Shown: positions 24,615-32,905 of the stretch, piece after piece | Layout of the letters: every line of letters starts with the position of its first letter | How positions within the stretch are numbered: the stretch's first letter is position 1 | From: Squalus acanthias | Lineage: Eukaryota | Assembly: GCA_030390025.1 (NCBI GenBank) | Contig: CM059431.1 | Location: forward strand, 121,832,001-121,896,000 | DNA length: 64,000 nt | Direction of reading: 5' to 3' | Notes under the pieces: model-generated | Told to the model about the DNA's origin: nothing | The model's database searches: none | The model's input: the letters and a program-made list of their open reading frames with translations, nothing else | Made by a program: the position numbers and the translations under genes

Positions 24615-26280
24615 TGTAGAATTCGCAATATATCGCGATTTTATTAATAAGGAGAAAACACAGAGTTTCGTTCAAACAGCTTTTATTTCAGTAGAATGCT
24701 GGCAGGTTTAAAGTGGACACAAGCAGCCTGTAAAATGGCCGCCGCACCTCGTGACAGAACATTCTAGACTTTTCAACAGGCAGACAAGATGGCGTTCCAA
24801 TAAACATTTGTGCAAGATCGATTAAGATTCAGCACAGTGAAGATAATACACGAGACATTATGGGTTTGCAGTATACACATAGATACTGAAATCGGTCTCC
24901 CAGGTACAAAGGAAAGCCATTGTACCGAGTAATCAAGGGCCCATCCAAAAGACATTAATATGTAAAATCCCAACGACTCTACGATGAGAGAGCCGTTAGC
25001 AGGTAGTTATACAGGACACTTGGAAGCCCCAAACCCCTCCAGGGAGATTACCGACCGATTTAACAATGGGAGAAATATTAACAGGTACTCAGACATTTAC
25101 GAGTAGCCCCGAAACCCATTAAGAACGGAGATCACCCATACAAGACATTTGAGCGCCAAACCCTAAACAAAAGAATGGACATTATAGTTGGGCGGGAAAC
25201 GGAAGATTTTGCACTATAATTGCAGGCTCCAAACTGTCCATTCTTTCTCTTGCTGCTCTTATCATCGTGGCTGCTCCTGTGCTCTTATCCGGTCGATTCG
25301 TAACCTCGTGGCTGCTCCTGTGTACTCGTAGTTGGGCTCGCTCCTGCTTGCCTGTTGCCTCTTCTGAAAAGACTGTTGAACTTTCTGATCCGTTCGGATC
25401 TATCTCGTGTCGCGTAACGAAGACCTATATTGGTAACCGGTATCGGAACCAAAAGGCCCGAGAAGAGATGAGATGAGATGAGATGAGAAGAGAGGAAGAC
25501 CATATCCATCGCCATGGTCAGTAAATCCCGACCGCGCCTGTAGGTCGATTAGCCAAGTTTTCCTCGCCAGGAAGACTTCTTCGAACTTGCAAGGAAACAT
25601 ATCGTATCGACGATATCGACAACTGTGCTCGAAGAGTACCTGTTAAACCAACCAATATAGATCTTCATCACAGCAGACGTTCCAGCCTGCTAGCCGGAGC
25701 AGCAGAAGCAAGTAAACAAGTGGGACCAGGAGATCTCCTGACCGACACGTGGGTGCTGCGGTGAAAAGCATCCGATCAGCTATTCGGAATTTCTCCGAGT
25801 TATCACGAGTGGTGAGCATGAGTCTCGAAATCCTACGAATCTAGTTTAGGATAGATATTGATAGGGGAGGGTTTAAGGATTAAGGATATTTGTAATGTGT
25901 GCCCCTATTTACTTTGTGCCGTTCGTTCCTCGTTTCCCTAAGATCGACTATATAACTGTTTGTAAGATTGTACTGTCATTAATCTGTGCTTATGACATGT
26001 ATTTCATAATCTTAAGTATCATGCAATAAAGATTTTCCATTTCGTACCATTCAAACCAAGTCTACATGAGTTTCATCTCCATTACTGCTCTCGCATCTAA
26101 GTCCAGTGTCTAGAACCGTAAGGGAGAGTGATTCGAACCACTCACAGGTGTGTCTAGTGTTCCCAGACTGGCTGGAGACCAGAACAGGCAACAAGGCCTA
26201 GACCCGCACTGACATACAGGCTGCACAGAGCCGCGTGAATCTCACAGGCTGCGAGACACGCAGGGTCAGAATCCCTTACA
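24615..26280 (+). repeat. 5' LTR (1666 bp)
   Basis: TGTAGAATTC...CCCTTACA, a direct repeat of 35709-37374. TATA-like TATAAT at 25215 and AATAAA at 26025. Confidence 0.97.
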
Positions 26281-26284
26281 GAAA

Positions 26285-28096
26285 ATGGCGACCGCGGCAG
26301 GACACTGGCAGCGAGAGGGTAGTGTGTTAGATTTTGGAATGACTGTACGAAATGTTATGCAGGAAAAGATAGCGGATTATGTGTTTGGAAAGGTTAATCT
26401 AACTAAGAAATGGATAAGTGAATTGTTAGCGGATAAGAGCCCACTAGAGGCAGCTGAAAGGTGGACAGATAGTAAAGAACATAGAAAGACACTTGAGAAA
26501 GCAGTCTGGCTTATGTGTTACAAAAGGCAGGTTCAGATTTCAAACCAGACCATTACAGCGCTAGTAGCTCGAATCAGTCATTTAGAGGGAGAAATGGAGG
26601 AGAAGGTTTCTGGAGGGGAGGTGCTCATTAAGAATTTAAATGAGTTACACCAAGAAAGCCAGGAAGTCTCCAGTCACCTTAAAACAAGGATAGATTATCT
26701 CGAGTGCCAGGTCACTGAGGCAAAATTGAATGAGAGCAGGTTAAAGGAAAGATGTAACCGCCAAGCTGCCCAGATAAGAACTCAAGAAGAGAGCTTGACG
26801 GGGGTTAGGGCGGCATATAAGTTGGCCCTTGAGGATAAGTTTCAGGGAGCCGATCATAGCGCCTGCCAAAGGGAGATAGAGCACCTCAAAAAGGCCGTGA
26901 ACAATGCGAACGGCATGGTGTGCCTTATCAATCCGTCGGCGCACCAGCCGCTAGTAAATGAGAGATTTAGAAAATCCCCACCAAGTAAAGCAGAAGGAGT
27001 AGTAGTCACTGCGCCCTCCGCGCCACCCAGCTATTCAGAAACCTGGGTTAGGGAGGAAGCAATGGAAGAAACAAAAGAGCCCATTGAAAAAGAAGTAGGA
27101 AAGGGATCGTTATATCCAGTAACGGATATTAAAAGGGGCCCAAGCAGAAACGGTGGGGAAGAACCGGGGGATCTCCTCGGACAGCTGGTGTTGCCTCACA
27201 GTTCACATCAGCTGAGAGCTATGATAAATCACGTACGGAAGCTGACCGAGGCAGACGACCCTTCCGTACATTTCAGAGAAGTTGAGCAAGCCGCAGCCAT
27301 TAACGGCTGCGATGATGGGGAAACAGCAAAAATGCTGCTGTTCTCATTAGACAGCTCGGTCCTTCAGTGTCTCTCAGGCGAGAGCAAGAGGGGAACCAAG
27401 AGTTATGAGGAATTAAAGAATGAGGTCCTGGAAGTGTTGGGGGCGAACGACGAAGGTCCGTTTGCTAGAGTGGGACAGACAGTGCAGATGGAGGGAGAAC
27501 CCCCGAAGGTTTTTGCCGACAGGCTGTGGCCAGTATATGAGCGCAGCTGTCTAGGTGCGCCCGAGCGCGAAGATGTGGAAGGTTTAGCTTTAACTCATTG
27601 GCTTAGGTGCATAATAGCCAACAGTTTACCAGCCGTCAGAGAGCAGGCAAAAGCATGGTTTGATCCCAATGACCCCAACATTACGGAAGAGTCGGTCTTG
27701 AATCGACTCACGTTAGGTTATCGCAATATAAGGGGTATGGCAACACGTCCCCTTAAGGGAAGAGTACATGAGGTACGACCCGCAGCCCCGTATCAAAGAG
27801 AGTGGCATCAGGAGGGTAATCGCGCCCCACAGGCAGGTAATGCTTGTTACGGGTGTGGGAAGACAGGGCACTGGCGCAAGCATTGCAGGAACCCTTGGAA
27901 GGATTCCAAGGATAAAAATCCCGCGGTCCGAGCCCAGGCGCCTGTCCCGGCTAAGGAAGCCAAGGCACCCACCCCTCCTGACGACCTCGAAGCAGTGTTA
28001 GGAGCCATGCGCAAGCTGGTCTTGAATGCGCGTGGACAGGTGGCGGTCGCAACCGGCCCCGTAGGTGCCGCAGGACCGTCTAATAGTACCCCATGA
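26285..28096 (+). CDS. gag: Gag polyprotein (coiled coil, late domains, capsid-like region, CCHC nucleocapsid); true start may be the ATG at 26340
   Basis: 603-aa ORF immediately after the LTR. CYGCGKTGHWRKHC zinc knuckle. QMEGEPPKVFADRL resembles a major homology region. Confidence 0.9.
   Translation: MATAAGHWQREGSVLDFGMTVRNVMQEKIADYVFGKVNLTKKWISELLADKSPLEAAERWTDSKEHRKTLEKAVWLMCYKRQVQISNQTITALVARISHLEGEMEEKVSGGEVLIKNLNELHQESQEVSSHLKTRIDYLECQVTEAKLNESRLKERCNRQAAQIRTQEESLTGVRAAYKLALEDKFQGADHSACQREIEHLKKAVNNANGMVCLINPSAHQPLVNERFRKSPPSKAEGVVVTAPSAPPSYSETWVREEAMEETKEPIEKEVGKGSLYPVTDIKRGPSRNGGEEPGDLLGQLVLPHSSHQLRAMINHVRKLTEADDPSVHFREVEQAAAINGCDDGETAKMLLFSLDSSVLQCLSGESKRGTKSYEELKNEVLEVLGANDEGPFARVGQTVQMEGEPPKVFADRLWPVYERSCLGAPEREDVEGLALTHWLRCIIANSLPAVREQAKAWFDPNDPNITEESVLNRLTLGYRNIRGMATRPLKGRVHEVRPAAPYQREWHQEGNRAPQAGNACYGCGKTGHWRKHCRNPWKDSKDKNPAVRAQAPVPAKEAKAPTPPDDLEAVLGAMRKLVLNARGQVAVATGPVGAAGPSNSTP
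26286..26303 (+). promoter_or_regulatory. Primer-binding site (tRNA-Ser-like, imperfect)
   Basis: TGGCGACCGCGGCAGGAC begins 5 nt after the LTR. It resembles the complement of tRNA-Ser 3' ends (TGGCG...GGCAGGA). Confidence 0.65.
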
Positions 28097-31000
28097 CTAG
28101 AACCGGCGCAGCCCGTCTACCTGTGTCCGCTTAGCTATGACGCGTGGAGGCGACCTGTGGTGGAGATGGAGGTAGAGAAACAGAAGGGTAGTTATTTGTT
28201 GGACACGGGAGCTTCTTGCACCATAATCCATACAGATAACCCTTTCGACTCGCCGCTATCTACCAAGGTCCCATTCACGTTAGCAGGGTTCACAGGAAAA
28301 GAACAGGCTGGCACGTTTTCCCTTCCGCTATCCATTCGTTTAGGAACACTTCGCCTTAAGTGGAAGTGTATACTGATGGCATGGCAAAAGGGGGGTGGAA
28401 GAGGTATCCTCGGGTCCGATCTCCTAGCGGGACACGGGATCCTCGTGGACCTCAGAAATCACTGTCTCTGGGGGGCTAAAGGTGAAAAAGGCGAGGTAAT
28501 AGTGATTCCGGGGGAGGAAGAAACAGGGGTCCTGTGTACCGTACAGCCATCCGGAGGCTACGACCTCAGGCTTATGGTCGCAGATGTCCCAACGGACATG
28601 CAAACGTACGTGTCAGATAATATGCACGCGTTTGCAACCCACAAGCACGATTGTGGGAGAGTGGTCGGGTTTGAGGTCAGCGTAGATGGGGACCCCATGA
28701 CCCGACCCCAAAAGCAGTATAACTTCCCCAAAGAAGCAGAACCCGATATGGAGACAGCAATGTCCTCCTTGGTGCAGCAGGGCGTGTTGAGGCCAATAGC
28801 CACACACGTAAACTCCCCATTATGGCCGGTTAGGAAGCCGGATAATTCGTGGAGGGCCACGGTGGACTACAGAGTCCTTAACAGTAACATTCCCGCCTGC
28901 GCGCCCACAGTAGCAGCAGTTGCTGACCTAATAGGGAGCATCCCAGCGTCCGCGACCACGTTCACGGTGCTGGATATCTCGAACGGTTTTTGGTCCATCC
29001 CGCTGCGGCGAGAGGACCAGTACAAGTTTGCCTTTACTTTCAAAGGACAACAGTACACATGGAACTGTCTGCCACAGGGTTTCCACAATAGCCCCAGTAT
29101 TTTTCATCAGTGTATGGCAGGAAGTTTAAAGGAGTTTAGTCAGCCCAATCAGATAGTACAGTATGTGGATGATTTGCTCCTATTTACGGACTCAAGGGAG
29201 GAGCACGGACCACTACTGGACGAGTTATTGGAGCTGTTAGCGAGAAAGGGTTTTAAAATAAACCCTAAGAAAGCACGTATCGGTCAGCGGGAAGTAAAGT
29301 TCCTGGGACTGACCATACGCGCTGGGGAAAGAGCCATAGACAAAGCAAGGAGGGAGTCGGTGCAAGAATTACCGATTCCCAACAACGTAAGGGGTGTGAG
29401 GTCCTTCTTGGGACTGACCGGTTACTGCAGGGATTTTATCGAAGATTATGCGGCCACAGCGGCGCCGCTCCTCCGACTCCTCCATAAGGGGGTGGAGTGG
29501 CTTTGGGACGAGGGCTGCCAAGCAGCCTTCGAGAAGTTAAAAAGGGATCTGCAGACCGCGCCAGCCTTAGGGGCCATAGATGGGGGGAAGGAGTTTTTCC
29601 TGGAGGTCGCTGCCAGCGGAGACAGCTTAAGCGCCGTGCTGCTCCAAGAGCGTCACGGCAAGCTGAGGCCGGTTGTCTATTCATCCAGGGTATTAACGGA
29701 TGTGGAGAGAAGTTTCTCCAATTGCGAAAGGCACCTTTTAGCCACGCATTGGGCTGTGAAAAGATCAGCGATCTTCACAGGGCTCTCTCCCATCACTCTC
29801 CTCACACATCACACACCAACTAAGATGCTTCTGGATGGGAGGATTAAAGACGGGACCGTAAGCAGCGCACGCATTGCGCGTTGGACCCTTCTTCTCTCCC
29901 AGTTGGATCTTAGAGTAAAAGGTCTTTGCGAGCCAAGGCTTGCGGCCAATCTGGTATACCCCGGTACAGCCCACCGGTGTTCGGTGGAAGGGGTGTGGGA
30001 CGTCAACATAGGTTTACGGGCCGGGATACATCCCACTGGGCGCGAGATTTATGTTGATGGGTCTAGCACAGTATCTGCTGGCGAGCGACTCACAGGGTGT
30101 GGAGTTTATGACCCTGCGGCAGACCTTGCCCTGGCGATCAAGCTCCCCAGCACTATGAGCGCGCAGCAAGCCGAGCTGTCTGCCGTGGTGTACGTTGTGA
30201 CCCACCCAGACATTTTCCCAACCCCATATACGATTTGCTCGGACAGTATGTTCACCTGCAATTCGTGTACGGAATACCTGGCCATTTGGTCCCGCCGCGG
30301 ATACACCTCCGCGGACGGGCGACCTTTGACGGTGAAGCCCTTGCTGGAAAAGATCTTAGCAGCAGCGGTGGGGGAGGAAGGAGAGATTTTCATCCATAAG
30401 GTGAAAGCTCACTCCTCCACAGAGCCCCGTGGGGAGGGCAACCGGCAGGCGGATGCGCTAGCCAGGGAGGGTGCCCGCGACGGCACTTTCTGGAACCCCT
30501 ATAGGACCGGACCCATAGCAGCGGTCCGAGGCGGGGACGGGATTCCCGGGAACACCAGGGTAGCATTGCCCCTAGACCTCAAGACCGTCCAAACCCAGGA
30601 TCCCGCCCTAAAAGCAGTCCTAAAAACGATTGCTGAAGGGAGGCAGGTAGAAGGTCCGTACAGTACGGCAACCCTCTCAGTTAAGGAAGGCATGCTGTTC
30701 CGCGAGGAGCAGTGGGTTGTGCCACAGCAGCACAGGAGGGAATTCCTCCAGTTGGCTCACGAGGGACCAGGGGCAGGGCACCCCGGGCCCGAGGTTACCT
30801 GGCAACGGGTAGAGCAAGCGGGATGGTGGCCAGGGCTCAGGGAACAAGTCCGCGAGTTCTGTGCAAACTGTCTTGTGTGCGCTGCAAACAACCCAGACCC
30901 CCAGAAAAGGAAGGTGCCCATGGGACACGTAAGAAGGGTAGAGGGACCATGGCAGTCGATACAGATCGACTATATAGGACCCCTGCCCACCACCCAGGGA

Positions 31001-32593
31001 GGTTATAAGTACTGCCTCGTCCTGGTGGATGTGTTTTCCAAGTGGGTGGAAGCCTTCCCTTGTCGAACAGCTACGGCACTGGGTACAGCAAAAATCTTGG
31101 TCCGGGAAGTGTTCTCGCGGTGGGGACTCCCCCGTTTTGTGGAGTCAGACCAAGGGAGTCATTTCACCGGCCAGGTGATGCAGAACACCCTCATGCTTTT
31201 GGGCATTGAAGGGAAGTGGCACGTAGCACACAATCCCCAGTCATCCGGGATTGTTGAACGTATGAACCGGACCCTGAAGGAGAAATTGAGGAAAGAGACT
31301 AGGAACTCGCCCCAAAAATGGGCGGAAGTTCTGCCTTTAGTCCTCATGGGGGTCCGGGCCAGTCAGTCAAAAAGTACGGGGTACTCCCCGCACGAGGTAA
31401 TGACTGGGAGGCTCATGCGAACCCCCACCCATGTGCTAGCACCGGTGCTCACTGAGGGTCAGCTCCAAGAGATAAGCAGGGACAAGTTCGCCCAGACTCT
31501 CTTGGAGCGCCTGAAGCAAGTTTATGAGCAGGCGGCTGGGAACATGGGAAGGCAGCATCAGGGCAATCGCTTGTTGCTGGAACCCCGCAAAACGCGGGAG
31601 TGGGAAGTAGGAGACCAGGTCATGGTCAGAAACTATGCCAGAGTAGGGAGTCTGGAACCACTGTATATGGGACCCTACAACATTGTAGACAAGGCGAGTC
31701 CCATGGTTTACGCCGTAAAAGTACCTCGGCGCACTAAGTGGTTCCACATAAACCAATGCAAACTGTACCAGCCAGGTGCGCAGGGGAAAACTACAGGGGT
31801 AAATCCCGCCAATGGGAAAGCACAGCCCCAGGTAGGACCACAAGGCACACAGGCAGGCATAGCAGCTTGCATCAGGGGAAGGGACATCCCGGACGATCAT
31901 GCAGCGTTTTTCTGGAATTGGGGGTTAGATGAGGAAGAATTCAGGGTACCCGGGTCAGATGAGGATAGTGCAGATGAGGATAGTGATGACGACGGGTGGT
32001 TTCGGAGGAACGGTCCCTTTTACGATATGGAGGGGACGGGGGCTGCAGGTAGAGATCCACACAGGGTGGATACACGAGCTGCAGGTCCCGAAGACAGGAG
32101 GGAGGAGCTAGAGGAGGCAGGGCCAGCCGCTATGGGAGCACAGAGAGTACCGGTGTGGCTCCCAGAGATGTGGCCGCCCGCTTTGAACGTCCAGTCCTCA
32201 GGGGAGGCAGAGATCACGAGTGAAGGGCCGCCTGCTGGGCCGAGCAGGGCGGAGCCACGAACTGCCAGCCCCGAGGTTAGGGAGGCGGAGTCAGCGGAGG
32301 CGGAGCCAGCGACTGTGATGGAACCCCAGGTCATCCCGATGGAAGTCTCGGAACCCGGTCCGTCCGTCACGGAAACCCCGCCCATAGCAACTCCCCGTAG
32401 GTCAAGTAGAGAACCCCAGCCCAGGAGGATGTGGTCATGTCCCCAGACTGCCCCAAGGCGAAAATTTAAGGTTAAGATAACCCAGATACAGACCGGCCAC
32501 ATCGCAGCAGTAACAGGCTGCGGCAGATCAGAGGGAAGGGTCAGTGCCCTCCCACCGTCGGGAAGAGCTCGCAGCAGCCTTCTCAGAATTTAA
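28097..32593 (+). CDS. pol: Pol: protease, RT, tether, RNase H, integrase and C-terminal extension; in frame with gag
   Basis: LLDTGAS; LPQGF and YVDD; IYVDGSS..AQQAEL..SDS..GNRQAD; H-H-C-C, QIDYIGP/SDQG/VERMN and GPY module. No stop from 28097 to the end. Confidence 0.95.
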   Translation, partial: LEPAQPVYLCPLSYDAWRRPVVEMEVEKQKGSYLLDTGASCTIIHTDNPFDSPLSTKVPFTLAGFTGKEQAGTFSLPLSIRLGTLRLKWKCILMAWQKGGGRGILGSDLLAGHGILVDLRNHCLWGAKGEKGEVIVIPGEEETGVLCTVQPSGGYDLRLMVADVPTDMQTYVSDNMHAFATHKHDCGRVVGFEVSVDGDPMTRPQKQYNFPKEAEPDMETAMSSLVQQGVLRPIATHVNSPLWPVRKPDNSWRATVDYRVLNSNIPACAPTVAAVADLIGSIPASATTFTVLDISNGFWSIPLRREDQYKFAFTFKGQQYTWNCLPQGFHNSPSIFHQCMAGSLKEFSQPNQIVQYVDDLLLFTDSREEHGPLLDELLELLARKGFKINPKKARIGQREVKFLGLTIRAGERAIDKARRESVQELPIPNNVRGVRSFLGLTGYCRDFIEDYAATAAPLLRLLHKGVEWLWDEGCQAAFEKLKRDLQTAPALGAIDGGKEFFLEVAASGDSLSAVLLQERHGKLRPVVYSSRVLTDVERSFSNCERHLLATHWAVKRSAIFTGLSPITLLTHHTPTKMLLDGRIKDGTVSSARIARWTLLLSQLDLRVKGLCEPRLAANLVYPGTAHRCSVEGVWDVNIGLRAGIHPTGREIYVDGSSTVSAGERLTGCGVYDPAADLALAIKLPSTMSAQQAELSAVVYVVTHPDIFPTPYTICSDSMFTCNSCTEYLAIWSRRGYTSADGRPLTVKPLLEKILAAAVGEEGEIFIHKVKAHSSTEPRGEGNRQADALAREGARDGTFWNPYRTGPIAAVRGGDGIPGNTRVALPLDLKTVQTQDPALKAVLKTIAEGRQVEGPYSTATLSVKEGMLFREEQWVVPQQHRREFLQLAHEGPGAGHPGPEVTWQRVEQAGWWPGLREQVREFCANCLVCAANNPDPQKRKVPMGHVRRVEGPWQSIQIDYIGPLPTTQGGYKYCLVLVDVFSKWVEAFPCRTATALGTAKILVREVFSRWGLPRFVESDQGSHFTGQVMQNTLMLLGIEGKWHVAHNPQSSGIVERMNRTLKEKLRKETRNSPQKWAEVLPLVLMGVRASQSKSTGYSPHEVMTGRLMRTPTHVLAPVLTEGQLQEISRDKFAQTLLERLKQVYEQAAGNMGRQHQGNRLLLEPRKTREWEVGDQVMVRNYARVGSLEPLYMGPYNIVDKASPMVYAVKVPRRTKWFHINQCKLYQPGAQGKTTGVNPANGKAQPQVGPQGTQAGIAACIRGRDIPDDHAAFFWNWGLDEEEFRVPGSDEDSADEDSDDDGWFRRNGPFYDMEGTGAAGRDPHRVDTRAAGPEDRREELEEAGPAAMGAQRVPVWLPEMWPPALNVQSSGEAEITSEGPPAGPSRAEPRTASPEVREAESAEAEPATVMEPQVIPMEVSEPGPSVTETPPIATPRRSSREPQPRRMWSCPQTAPRRKFKVKITQIQTGHIAAVTGCGRSEGRVSALPPSGRARSSLLRI

Positions 32594-32905
32594 AGGGGCC
32601 GCCCTGAGAACGGGCGGCACTGTAAAGTTATAGTTCTAAGTTTTAAGTTTATCGTTCAAGGTTAAGTTTTAAGTTTATAGTTCAAGGTTAAGTTTATAGT
32701 TTTATTAAGGTTAAGTTTGTAGTGTTTTTAACAGAAAACGATAAAATGATGGGAGCTTTAAAGATAGGTTTAGTGAAAAGTTTATACAGCAAACGTGGAA
32801 GTTTACGTGAGGCGAGGTCAGGGGACCCGCTCACCCTTCACAGAAGCCAGAGACTCTTGCGAGGCTGGCTACCTCATTCTATCTGATCACAGGAACCAAG
32901 GAAGG

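Noticed and set aside
24773..25600. Short ORFs within the LTRs as accessory genes
   Set aside because: They are under 80 aa, mostly have non-ATG starts and show no motifs. They are duplicated only because the LTR is.
32795..32905. Env N-terminal extension from the GTG at 32795
   Set aside because: The ATG at 32906 follows a splice acceptor and begins a signal peptide, so it is the better start.
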